Source: Candidatus Eiseniibacteriota bacterium
GTDB taxonomy: Bacteria; Eisenbacteria; RBG-16-71-46; CAZAMP01
NCBI GenBank assembly: GCA_965224245.1
Contig: OZ245046.1
Span: forward strand, 5,056,001-5,120,000
Length of the DNA stretch: 64,000 nt
Reading direction: 5' to 3'
Part shown: positions 38,701 through 46,951 of the stretch, piece after piece
Layout of the letters: the number at the start of each line of letters is the position of its first letter
How positions within the stretch are numbered: the first letter of the stretch is position 1
The notes under the pieces: model-generated
What the model saw: only the letters and a program-made list of their open reading frames with translations
Database searches by the model: none
Told to the model about the DNA's origin: nothing
Made by a program: the position numbers and the translations under genes

Positions 38701-41147
38701 GGATCCCCCATCGTGAAGACGGGGGGCGGACAGGTGATCTCCGGCGGTACGTCGTCGACGACCGTGATCGACTGGACGCACGTACTCTCGTTCCCTGCCT
38801 CGTCTCGGGCCGTCCAGGTGACGGTCCACTCACCGGACTCGAAGGTGTGGGGGAGCGACACGTCGGCGAAGACCAGGATGTCGTCCCGGGCCGAGCAGTT
38901 GTCGACGGCGAGCACGTCGTCGGGGTTCTGGTCGAAGTCGTAGCCGCAGCCACCTCCGAGGTCGGAGAGCGCGACCACGACGTCGTCCGGACACGAGAGG
39001 ATCGGCGGGACCACGTCGGGGATCTCGCAGTCGACGAGGTGCGCGACGAACGCGTCGCCGAAGCTTCCGCCGTAGGTGGTGTCGTAGGCGCCGGCAGTCG
39101 CGCCGAAGTCGCTCGAGCTGGTCGATCCGGTCACGTAGGTACCACCCGCCGAGCGCGAGATCCCCGATCCCGAGTCCGTGCTCGAGCCGCCCAGGAAGTC
39201 CGAGCCGACGAGCGCGGTTCCGTCAGGGCTGACCCGCACGACGAACACGTCCTGATCCGATCCGGAGCGGCCGGACGCGAAGCCGTCGGTGGACGACGTG
39301 ATGCCGACCACGTAGACGTCGGTGCCGTCGGCGACCAGGTTCTCGCCGAGATCCAGAGACGAGCCCCCGAGGTAGGTGCAGTAGACCAGCGAACCGAGAT
39401 CGGCGTCGAGCCCACTCACGTAGGCGTCGGCCGTGCCGCCACCGTACGCCGACTGGTACGCGCCACTCGTGGTCGGGAGGTTGCCGGACGTGGTGCGCCC
39501 CGTGATGGACGGGCGCCCGCTCGGGTCCAGTCCGAGGCCCAAGGCTCGATCGTCACCGGATCCGCCGAAGAACGTGGAGTACGCGACGTCACCGGGTTGG
39601 CCGCCCGAGGGCGCGGCGGCGTGAAGCACGGTCACGAACGCGTCGTTGCCTCCGAAGTTGAACGAGGTGTCGTACGCGCCGGCCGTGGTGGGGAAGTCCG
39701 AGGAGGACGTCATCCCCGCGACCACCGGATCGCCGTCGCCATCCAGCGCGATGCCCAGACCATGATCCCTGGCCGAGCCGCCGAGGAACCGTGAGAACAG
39801 CAGAGACGATCCCGAGGTATCGAGCCGCGTGACGAACGCGCTGTGGTCGCCGGTCAGCGATCCGCCTTCACTGCGCCCCACCGGCTCGACCGGGAAGTTC
39901 GAGGACCACGTACGCCCGGTGACGTAGACCGTGCCCTGGTGGACGGCGATCTCGTTCACGATGTCCTGCTCGCTGCCGCCCAGGTACGTCGAGTACACCA
40001 GCGACGACCCGTCTTGCGACAGGCGCGCCACGTAGGCGTCCTGGTTCCCGTTGTGGGAGGTGTCGTACGCCGGAGATCCGGCCGTGGGGAAGTCGGTGGA
40101 CTCGGTGTATCCGGCGGCCCACACGTTCCCGGCCCCGTCGATTGCGATGCCGTATCCCTGGTCTCGTCCGCTGCCGCCGAGGAACGTGGACCACACGAGA
40201 TCGGTGCCGGACGCATTGAGCTTGGTGACGAACGCATCGTAGTCGCCGGCCCGAGAGCTCTGATAGACACCGGAGGTCGTCGGGAAGTCGGACGACAGGG
40301 TGGCCCCCGTCACGTACGCCTGACCGCTCGAGTCGCTGGTGATGGCGTTGGCGGCGTCGATGTCCCCGCCGCCGAGAAAGGTGGCGTACAGGAGGGGGTC
40401 GATGACGAGCGGCCGTTCCCTCGTCCAGCCGTTCACCTCGAAGCCCGCGGTGTGTGCCGACATCAACGTGAACCTACACGCGACGACGCGCTCGCCCTCG
40501 AAGGCCACCGGAGCCGAGTCCCGGAGCTCGATGCCGTCCACGTCGATCACGAGGTCTCGATCCTCGAGTCGAAGCCCGTCGACGCCCCTGTAGCGGACGG
40601 CGATGTCGGTCGGATCGGCGTGCGGCGAGACGTGGAACTCGGACTTGGGGCCTTCGGGCGTGGCGGTGATCACCAGATCGATACCGTCGTACAGGTCTCG
40701 GTATCGAAGCGCGCCATAGCTGGGCACACCTCGGATCCATGCCGACGGATCGTTTCCCTTGATGAAGTGACTGACGTGTTCGCGCTCGAGCCGACCCGAT
40801 GGCGTCGACCGCCTCGCACCGTCGAACGTGACGGTGATGACGCGCGCCGCCGCCGCCGCCGGTGTGGTGGCCGGACCGTCGCCGCCGCCGGGTGTGTGGG
40901 GGGCGAGTCGGATGTGGAACGCCGACGTCGTGAAGGCGATCGCCATTCGCGGTGACTCGAACGTGTACCGAACGGTTGCGTCGGCGACCTGTCCGTCGTT
41001 TCGCGTGATGAGACCGGGTGCCGACGCATCGGACGACCTGACAGATACCGCAGCGATGAAGAGCGAGATGAGGAGCAGCGGCGTCCAAGACGCGAGCGGT
41101 CGGCTCGTATGCCGGCGCCACCGCGCCGGCTGGACGTTCGTGCTCAA
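35730..41147 (-). CDS. Large surface protein: SBBP propeller repeats, HYR-like domains, hydrophobic/helical insert, Ig/PKD, TSP3 repeats, C-terminal FlgD-Ig
   Basis: TTG start after GGAGG; signal peptide; PLVIDPLLY.TFLGG; repeated YST.LGGS..D / T.S.DFP; PP.I.CP..D.AGN..TC; VDFGDGT; DNCP...NPDQ.D.DGDG; PNPF...YDV.GRLV...WD...GVYF. Confidence 0.88.
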   Translation of the reverse strand: MSTNVQPARWRRHTSRPLASWTPLLLISLFIAAVSVRSSDASAPGLITRNDGQVADATVRYTFESPRMAIAFTTSAFHIRLAPHTPGGGDGPATTPAAAAARVITVTFDGARRSTPSGRLEREHVSHFIKGNDPSAWIRGVPSYGALRYRDLYDGIDLVITATPEGPKSEFHVSPHADPTDIAVRYRGVDGLRLEDRDLVIDVDGIELRDSAPVAFEGERVVACRFTLMSAHTAGFEVNGWTRERPLVIDPLLYATFLGGGDIDAANAITSDSSGQAYVTGATLSSDFPTTSGVYQSSRAGDYDAFVTKLNASGTDLVWSTFLGGSGRDQGYGIAIDGAGNVWAAGYTESTDFPTAGSPAYDTSHNGNQDAYVARLSQDGSSLVYSTYLGGSEQDIVNEIAVHQGTVYVTGRTWSSNFPVEPVGRSEGGSLTGDHSAFVTRLDTSGSSLLFSRFLGGSARDHGLGIALDGDGDPVVAGMTSSSDFPTTAGAYDTSFNFGGNDAFVTVLHAAAPSGGQPGDVAYSTFFGGSGDDRALGLGLDPSGRPSITGRTTSGNLPTTSGAYQSAYGGGTADAYVSGLDADLGSLVYCTYLGGSSLDLGENLVADGTDVYVVGITSSTDGFASGRSGSDQDVFVVRVSPDGTALVGSDFLGGSSTDSGSGISRSAGGTYVTGSTSSSDFGATAGAYDTTYGGSFGDAFVAHLVDCEIPDVVPPILSCPDDVVVALSDLGGGCGYDFDQNPDDVLAVDNCSARDDILVFADVSLPHTFESGEWTVTWTARDEAGNESTCVQSITVVDDVPPEITCPPPVFTMGDPITSIGSASVSDNCPGVGSPTNDFSGTWTGPGRRLVTWSVLDAAGNSATCTQLLGVGSPPIVDLDVNPVFPIWDVDYLLTLEMSNPDSNWFAFDDAELTVTEDGAACCGVTNPFTPAGLPIAPGTTAQLTFPPLSQNWDWTGGNCNGVIGDIARTFDYQVVGDFFDDGPLGGPWAVDTGPLAVEVQVPTAKIGWFWVSFSDYWLAWTHVGLAAANAVACAASFGTCVPCCILAGTEAALAAALFELADEACIEANDPPDPDPDYMVLVELDFPPVDLPTWSDSMSRAAVDLFMGQRDLVAGMQAYQATVRKLLGAIEADDAPWIELQAQRMLDFASWNGDALESLAPLRAALQAEYDAAGVALSLEDLQEMQEGVAENGLPDETIAFLTAYGWTPSDIDVLEHSIVNGDAQTAFDAELTDPALAVYESGSADNYDTESSGYVREGDFVVSITQPFSETTIGVGLPLTVDAVIVDNLEPPVTAVRVLVDGVVESTSLPYVWPGSGVPGEHLVRVEADDAGGTAADQVAVTVGSSAPIVSAGVDRVIVFGDSLHVNAGFVDADWLDVHTADVDFGDGTVTSADVLEEHDPPFGSGSIRASHLYADSTLSYPVVVRVTDSGGLTSRDTLMVTFAADADGDGIYDHDDNCPTTFNPDQDDSDGVFVVEDFEDGTFDGWSFAYSTDGAQSGSVCPGDWSSSLVGDALMGSLSARLYARSDDSCSPWNVRAAITADADSMASRVGALLRFDQIQGTGGTGHSFFDVVARDAFGSNAVAYRFSTTGGLGGDVEHLVSPGDSLDWTWDFGAAYTAKYGMPRPGAWTVTFRASSDYAEDGSGVRTTEVRLDAIAIDEGGASPDGIGDACDNCPLVYNPDQADTDGDGTGDACDEEILPTPPSQAAPAAYRLHRALPNPFRRTTSIPFDVPAGGARVDMRVYDVAGRLVKTLIERRVEEGRHRVSWDRRTTDGHAVAAGVYFVRMRADGFVATRSTVVID

Positions 41148-41471
41148 GGCCGATGTCCTCCGCGGCGAACGATTCCGACCCCCGGGGCGGGGACGGGCGG
41201 TCGAGGGCGTGGGCGTTCGCCCGACAGCGCGGGACCCGTCCAGTGACCGCAAGAACCGGGCCGAGACCAGGGGGCGTCCGGCGGCCCGTCCGCCCGCGCG
41301 AGCGGGCAGGAGTCACCCGATCGACGGTATCGACGACACGCCCGGACGGAGTTCGACGATTCGAGCCGGGTTGACCGACATAGGGGATTCTCCTTACTGG
41401 CCGAGGTCGGGAACCTCACTAGAATCACTCGCTCGAACACACGCCATACGCACGCACCCAGGAGGTTCACG

Positions 41472-41981
41472 ATGCGTGACCGCATTCTCCTCGCGCTCTC
41501 GGTCATCCTGATCGCCGCGGCCACGCCGGCTCAGGCGGGGGATCGGATCTTCGGTGACGGCATCACGGCGTCCGATACACTCCTCGTCAGCACGCTGCTC
41601 GCCCACCCAGACGACTACGTCGGTCAGCTCGTCCGCGTCGAGGGAATCGCCGTGGACGTCTGCACGCATCGCGGCTGCTGGGTGAACGTCTCGTCCGACG
41701 TCGAGGGCGACGTCGTGCGCGTCAAGGTGAAGGACGGCGAGATCGTGTTTCCCCCCGAGATCCTCGGCAGCACGATCGTCGCCGAAGGGATCTGGACCGC
41801 CAACGAGCTCGACCTCGAGACCACGAAGATGGTCTGCGAGCGCGACGCGAAGGCCGAGGGGAAGAAGTTCGATCCGAGCTCGGTCACCGAATGCATGACG
41901 CTGTACCAGATCACCGGAACCGGCGCCGTCGTTCGCGCGGCTGCGGACGAGGACGACGAGGACACCACGCCGGAATCCTGA
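41472..41981 (+). CDS. DUF4920 family exported protein
   Basis: AGGAGG RBS, signal peptide, V.VEG...DVC...GCW. Confidence 0.75.
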   Translation: MRDRILLALSVILIAAATPAQAGDRIFGDGITASDTLLVSTLLAHPDDYVGQLVRVEGIAVDVCTHRGCWVNVSSDVEGDVVRVKVKDGEIVFPPEILGSTIVAEGIWTANELDLETTKMVCERDAKAEGKKFDPSSVTECMTLYQITGTGAVVRAAADEDDEDTTPES

Positions 41982-41985
41982 TCCC

Positions 41986-42540
41986 ATGCGCACCTTCCGG
42001 AAGGTGTGCCGCTGGCTTCATCGCGAGCTCGGGTACCTGACGGTCGGGCTGACGCTGATCTATGCGATCAGCGGCCTGGCCGTCAATCACGCCCACCACT
42101 GGAACGCGAGCTACCGGCACACCGCGAGCGTGAGCCACATCGCTCCGGTCGGCACCGGGGAGACCCCGGCCGTCACCGCTGCCGTGCTCGAGGCGCTGGA
42201 TCTCGACGAGCCGGTGAAGAACACCTGGCGCGCGGCGCCCGATCGCCTGCAGGTGTTCATCGAGAACGCGAAGCTCCACGTGAACCTGGTGACCGGTGAG
42301 GTCGTGCGTGAGGGCCTCTCCCGACGTCCGGTTCTGTTCGAGCTGAACGCGCTCCATCTCAACACGCCCAAGGGCGCGTGGACCGCGATCGCGGACGTCT
42401 ACGCCGCGATCCTGATCGTGCTGGCGCTGTCCGGGATCTTCCTCGTCCGCGGGCGCCGCGGACCCACGGGACGCGGCGGGGTGCTGATGGTGCTGGGCGT
42501 GCTCCTCCCGATCCTCTATCTCGCCTGGATTCGCCTCTGA
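41986..42540 (+). CDS. PepSY-associated TM helix protein
   Basis: RWLHRELGY...GLTLIYAISG...NH, LN.LH, W..IAD..A. Confidence 0.85.
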   Translation: MRTFRKVCRWLHRELGYLTVGLTLIYAISGLAVNHAHHWNASYRHTASVSHIAPVGTGETPAVTAAVLEALDLDEPVKNTWRAAPDRLQVFIENAKLHVNLVTGEVVREGLSRRPVLFELNALHLNTPKGAWTAIADVYAAILIVLALSGIFLVRGRRGPTGRGGVLMVLGVLLPILYLAWIRL

Positions 42541-42577
42541 GCGCGCCGGTTCCGCACGCGCGTCCTCCTCTCGAAGT

Positions 42578-42593
42578 TGGTTCGGTTCCTGCA
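42578..42593 (+). promoter_or_regulatory. Sigma54 (-24/-12) promoter candidate for the envelope operon
   Basis: TGGTTCG-GTTC-CTGCA: GG at 42579-80 and GC at 42591-92, exact N10 spacing. Confidence 0.45.
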
Positions 42594-42755
42594 ACAACTC
42601 GGTCGGCGTGAGCGCCCGCGGATGCGGCCAGACGCCCAAGCGACTCCGATCGAACGAGTTGCCGTTGCGCAACGACGCTCGCGTGCCGGGCTCGCCCGGC
42701 GCGCGGATCGCGCGGGACGTTGCGATCTGCAATCACGATGACGAACGGGACGTGC

Positions 42756-43223
42756 ATGATCCGATCCCCCGAGATGGCCGATCTCCGCCGATGGACCGCC
42801 GCGGCCTCGCTGGCCGCGCTCGCGACGTGTGCCGGATGCGCCGGCGACTCCGCGGGTCCGACGACACCGCGCACCGATCCGCCGACCGGCGGCGAGATCT
42901 TCCTGCTCGACTTCGACGCCTACGTGACGCGGGTCGCGCCGGTCCTGTCGACGAGCGGCTGCGCGGCCGCCGGCGACTGTCACGGCGGAGGGATCCGCGG
43001 CACGTTCGAGCTGTCTCCCGAGGATGCCAAGGACCACGCCTTCGACTTCCAGCAGGTGGTTCTTCAGGTGGCCCCGTACACGCCCGACGCGAGCCCGATC
43101 CTGACCAAGCCTCTCGCGTCCGATGCCGGCGGCGAGCCACACGCGTTCGAGCCGTTCCCGAGCACCGACGACGACGGGTATCGCGCGATCGCCGACTGGA
43201 TCCACGAAGGGGTCTTCGAGTGA
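42756..43223 (+). CDS. Lipoprotein with an atypical CX5CH putative haem-binding motif (alternative start 42774)
   Basis: Lipobox-like LATCAGC; V.PVL...GCAAAGDCHGG; S.IL.KPL...H; I..WI..G as in planctomycete-type cytochrome domains. Confidence 0.65.
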   Translation: MIRSPEMADLRRWTAAASLAALATCAGCAGDSAGPTTPRTDPPTGGEIFLLDFDAYVTRVAPVLSTSGCAAAGDCHGGGIRGTFELSPEDAKDHAFDFQQVVLQVAPYTPDASPILTKPLASDAGGEPHAFEPFPSTDDDGYRAIADWIHEGVFE

Positions 43224-43945
43224 TGCGCCTCGTGTGCCGGGTCGCCATTGCGGGTGCGCTCTCGGCCTGTCTCCTTGCCTCGCCCGTGCGCGCCCGCGAT
43301 GCGTCCGCCAACGACGCGCCCGGGGAGGCACGCGACGCGACCCGGGCCGCGCTGACCAGCCAGGGATCCGGCGAGCCCGCAACGTCCGACGCGTCCGCCG
43401 ACGCGATCGCCGAAACGACCGCCGACGGTTCGCTCGACGCGCTCGTCCCCGACGTGGCCCGCGATCCCTGGAAGCTGAGCCCCGGCACGCGCCCGTTCGC
43501 CGGACGCTTCACCTTCGGGGCGGCGTACGGCTCGCTGGGTGACCATCGCCTGTACGCGCTATGCGCCGCCTACAGCCCGAGCGCCTGGCTCTCCTGGGAG
43601 GCCGCGATCGGACACAACCCGGGCGACGCCGTCCATGCGCTCTTCCACACCCTGTCGGCGCACGTTCGCCACCCGCTGCCGTGGCGGCTCCAGCCCTACG
43701 GAACGATCGGGTTCGGACAGGCCATGGTGTTTCCCGGCACGAGCATGAACGCCGACCCCGTCACCGAGAACGTGCTCACGGTCGGCGGCGGACTCGAGAT
43801 CTACATCCGTGACGACGTCGCGCTCCGGGGCGAGGTGCGTCAGGCCACGGTCTTCGGCCCGGAGCGAGGCTCCGAGCGGACCGCGCGATACGACTACGCC
43901 GAGGCCACGATCGGCCTCGCGTTTCACAGACGAGTCAGAAACTGA
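43223..43945 (+). CDS. Outer-membrane beta-barrel protein (OmpA/OmpW-like size)
   Basis: TGATG overlap, signal peptide, LQPY.T.G.G, GGGLE.YI...VALRGEVR amphipathic strands. Confidence 0.7.
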   Translation: MRLVCRVAIAGALSACLLASPVRARDASANDAPGEARDATRAALTSQGSGEPATSDASADAIAETTADGSLDALVPDVARDPWKLSPGTRPFAGRFTFGAAYGSLGDHRLYALCAAYSPSAWLSWEAAIGHNPGDAVHALFHTLSAHVRHPLPWRLQPYGTIGFGQAMVFPGTSMNADPVTENVLTVGGGLEIYIRDDVALRGEVRQATVFGPERGSERTARYDYAEATIGLAFHRRVRN

Positions 43946-44052
43946 ACGAGCGTCGCGGCACCGGACGCGTCACACGCCGCGGACCGCGTACGCCCATCAG
44001 CGGGGACGCGCCGAGCCGGGCCTGGCGGGGGCCCGCGGCGCAGGAGGCGATC

Positions 44053-46101
44053 ATGCTGAGACACCCGAGCACCCGCGACGTCGCGCCCCCGCGACCGTTG
44101 CACCGTCACCTCGTCACGCCGGGGCTGGTCGCGACGGCGGCCGGGCTGGCGCTCGTGTCGACCGGGTGCCGCGACAGCGCGCCCGACGATCTGATCCAGG
44201 AAGAAGAGACCACCGAGGCGCTGGTCTTCGTGAAGACCGAGGGCGAGGAGACGCTCAACCGGAGCTGGGCCCACAGCAACCTGTACAAGCTGTCCCCGAT
44301 CGCACCCGACGGCGAGGTCATCCCCCTGACCGACTACACCGGCGCCAGCGTCTCGGATCCGTGCGTGTCGTTCGACGGCCGGCGGATCCTGTTCGCGATG
44401 CGCCCTCCGGGCGTATCGAGCAAGAACATCTACGAAATCGCCGCCGACGGCACCGGGCTCCGTCAGGTGACCTCGGGCGGCGGACACGACTTCGATCCGC
44501 TGTACCTGCCCGACGGCCGCATCCTGTTCACGAGCTCCCGCGACGGTGAGATGGACGAGTACAACCACTCGCCGTCCGAGCACCTGTATCGGTGCAACTC
44601 GGATGGAACGGGCCTGGAGCGGCTCAGCTTCAACCAGTCCGACGACTTCGACCCGTTCCTGCTCCCCAGCGGCCGCATCGGCTACACGCGCTGGGAGCAC
44701 TTCGGCACGTTCAATCGCTTCCCGCTCTTCGTGACGAATCCCGACGGGACGGGCACGTTTCACCACTACGGTCCTCACTCCCGGAACTTCTTCCACGCGC
44801 AGACGACACCCGACGGCCGCATCATCGCGATCGAGTCGACGATGGTGAACGAGGACGCCGGGCCGATCGCGCTTCTGAAGCTCGAGCAGGGTCCAGCCGA
44901 TCCGGTGCTGGGCGGCTCGTCGCTGCACTGGGATCGGCTCACCGTGGACGTGGGCACCGACGGCGCCCCGTGGACCTACGGCGCATTCAAGTACCCGTTC
45001 CCGATCGGCGGCAACCGCTTCGTCGCGTCGTACACGCTGCCCGCGGCCACCGAGGAGGACGTGGACTACGGGCTGTACACGTTCACGCTCAACCAGAGCG
45101 GCGCGGGCACGGTCGAGGAGCCGGCCACGTTCACGCTGAACGACATGACGTTCCTCTACAACGATCCCGCGACCAACGAGTACGACGCGCAGCTCCTGGC
45201 GCCGCACGGACGTCCGCCGGTGGTGCCCGACGTCGTGGACCCCTCGGTGGACTACGGCGTATTTCTGGCCCAGGACGTCTTCAACCGGGGCACGAACGAC
45301 GGTCAGGAGCGGCCGGTCCACGGAGTCGATGCGATCGACGAGATCGCCGTCATCGCGGCGCGCCCCACGATGCGGGGCATGAACAACGGCACCTCGGCCA
45401 ACGAGTTCGAGATGCGGGCGCTCATCGGCTTCGCGCCGGTGCAGCCGGACGGCTCGTTCCGGATCAAGGTGCCGGCCGACACCCCGATCACGTTCGCGAC
45501 GCTCGACGACCACGACCGCGGGTTCGTGGTGAAGCGGACGTGGCTTTACGTGCGCCCCGGCGAGGAGTTCGATCAGTGCACCGGGTGTCACGAGGATCGC
45601 GACGCGGGCGGCCTGCGCCCGACGAACCCCGACCCGTTGGCCGCGCACCTCGAGCCGACGGACCTGAACCTCCCCGCGTCGGCGTTCCGGATCATCAACT
45701 ACGAGAGCAGCATCGCGCCCATCGTTGACGCGAAGTGCGTGTCCTGCCATCAGCCCACGTACGTGGAGCGCGACTCCATACTGGCCGACGAGACCGTGGT
45801 CACCGTGGTCGACACGATCCCCGCACCGGCCAACCTGGATCTGACGGCGACGCCCGACACGCTGATGATGGAGAACGAGATCTTCCCCCGCGGCTACGTG
45901 AACCTCTCCGGGGAATCCGAGCACCTCGAGGAGCAGGTCGTGCGCCCGGCGTTCCCACGCCGGTCGGTGCTGATCGACTACGTGCTCGGCCTCGGCGAGC
46001 GCGCGGCGCTCGGCCCCCACCCCGAGGACGAGTACGCGCTCACGGACGAGGAGAAGGAGACCTTCAACCTCTGGGTGCTACTGGGCGCCCAGTACAAGTA
46101 G
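44053..46101 (+). CDS. Hydrazine-synthase-alpha-like lipoprotein: PD40/TolB-like propeller, HZS-alpha middle domain, two CxxCH
   Basis: Lipobox VSTGC; DP.VSFDG.RILF; DFDP.YLPDGRI.F.S.R; YTRWEH; APVQPDGSF..KVPADTP; RPGE...CTGCHE; CVSCH. Confidence 0.8.
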   Translation: MLRHPSTRDVAPPRPLHRHLVTPGLVATAAGLALVSTGCRDSAPDDLIQEEETTEALVFVKTEGEETLNRSWAHSNLYKLSPIAPDGEVIPLTDYTGASVSDPCVSFDGRRILFAMRPPGVSSKNIYEIAADGTGLRQVTSGGGHDFDPLYLPDGRILFTSSRDGEMDEYNHSPSEHLYRCNSDGTGLERLSFNQSDDFDPFLLPSGRIGYTRWEHFGTFNRFPLFVTNPDGTGTFHHYGPHSRNFFHAQTTPDGRIIAIESTMVNEDAGPIALLKLEQGPADPVLGGSSLHWDRLTVDVGTDGAPWTYGAFKYPFPIGGNRFVASYTLPAATEEDVDYGLYTFTLNQSGAGTVEEPATFTLNDMTFLYNDPATNEYDAQLLAPHGRPPVVPDVVDPSVDYGVFLAQDVFNRGTNDGQERPVHGVDAIDEIAVIAARPTMRGMNNGTSANEFEMRALIGFAPVQPDGSFRIKVPADTPITFATLDDHDRGFVVKRTWLYVRPGEEFDQCTGCHEDRDAGGLRPTNPDPLAAHLEPTDLNLPASAFRIINYESSIAPIVDAKCVSCHQPTYVERDSILADETVVTVVDTIPAPANLDLTATPDTLMMENEIFPRGYVNLSGESEHLEEQVVRPAFPRRSVLIDYVLGLGERAALGPHPEDEYALTDEEKETFNLWVLLGAQYK

Positions 46102-46112
46102 GGGACGAGACG

Positions 46113-46718
46113 ATGTCGACATCCGGCGTCCTGAGCTGGCTCACGAAGCTCGGCCTCGCGATCCTGGCTGCGACCGCGGCCTGGGGTGACACACCGAGCC
46201 GCGACACCGCGGGCGCGACCGGACTCGCCGCGGCTTCGCCCGCTGCGGTACCGGCATCGCACCCGGACGGGCCGCTCGGGTCGCACCGACTGGCCACGCT
46301 GGATGGAGGGGATCTTCGTCTCGCCGACCTCGCGGGTGAGATCGTCGTCGTGAACTTCTGGGCCAGCTGGTGCAAGCCGTGCCGGAAGGAGGTTCCGGAG
46401 CTGAACGACGTGCACCGGTGGCTGTCCGGACGTGAGGGACGCGTCGTGGCCGTATCCATCGACCACGATCGTGCCCGGGCGGCGCGCTTCGCGAGCCGTC
46501 AGGGCATGGCGATGACGGTGTGTCACGACGGGCCCGACGGGCTGGCGCGAGCGCTCGACATCTCCAGCGTGCCGTTCACGCTGGTGCTGGATCGTGACGG
46601 TCGCATCGCCCACACGGTCTCTGGCCAGGTCGACGAGGGCGTGCTGGTGGACGTCCTCGCCGGTCTGGACCCCGCGCCACGAATGGCGGAGGTCGGCGCC
46701 GAGGAGGACGCGCGATGA
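46113..46718 (+). CDS. TlpA/ResA-like thiol-disulfide oxidoreductase
   Basis: VNFWASWCKPCRKE.P, cis-Pro loop VP, LDRDG.I; signal peptide. Confidence 0.9.
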   Translation: MSTSGVLSWLTKLGLAILAATAAWGDTPSRDTAGATGLAAASPAAVPASHPDGPLGSHRLATLDGGDLRLADLAGEIVVVNFWASWCKPCRKEVPELNDVHRWLSGREGRVVAVSIDHDRARAARFASRQGMAMTVCHDGPDGLARALDISSVPFTLVLDRDGRIAHTVSGQVDEGVLVDVLAGLDPAPRMAEVGAEEDAR

Positions 46719-46951
46719 AACGGCTCATGCGACGGACGCTGCGCCTCGTCGTGACGGTCGCGGCACTCGCCACCGCCGCCTCGTCGCTCGGGTGCGGGGC
46801 CAAGGTTTACGAGCGCGAGTTCCTCGCCGATCCCGTGATGTCCTTCGACGTGGACGCCGACGAGGAGCGTCGCGAGCTCAAGTGGCTCGAGGCACGCGAG
46901 GGCTCGGCGGGCGGCGCCGGTGGCGCGGGTGGGGGGTGCGCGTGCAACTGA
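46715..46951 (+). CDS. DUF4266 small lipoprotein
   Basis: Lipobox SLGC, YER..LADP.M, REGS.GG.G..GGGCACN terminus. Confidence 0.88.
   Translation: MKRLMRRTLRLVVTVAALATAASSLGCGAKVYEREFLADPVMSFDVDADEERRELKWLEAREGSAGGAGGAGGGCACN

Noticed and set aside
42600-42665. Cyclic-di-GMP-I riboswitch resemblance (GACGC..AAGC...GAGTTGCC)
   Set aside because: The GG(C/T)AAAC start and GNRA-capped P2 stem are missing; retained only as a generic structured leader.
44053-46101. Anammox hydrazine synthase
   Set aside because: Only an alpha-like architecture is present. There is no hzsB/hzsC-like pair, and the context is an envelope transport operon.
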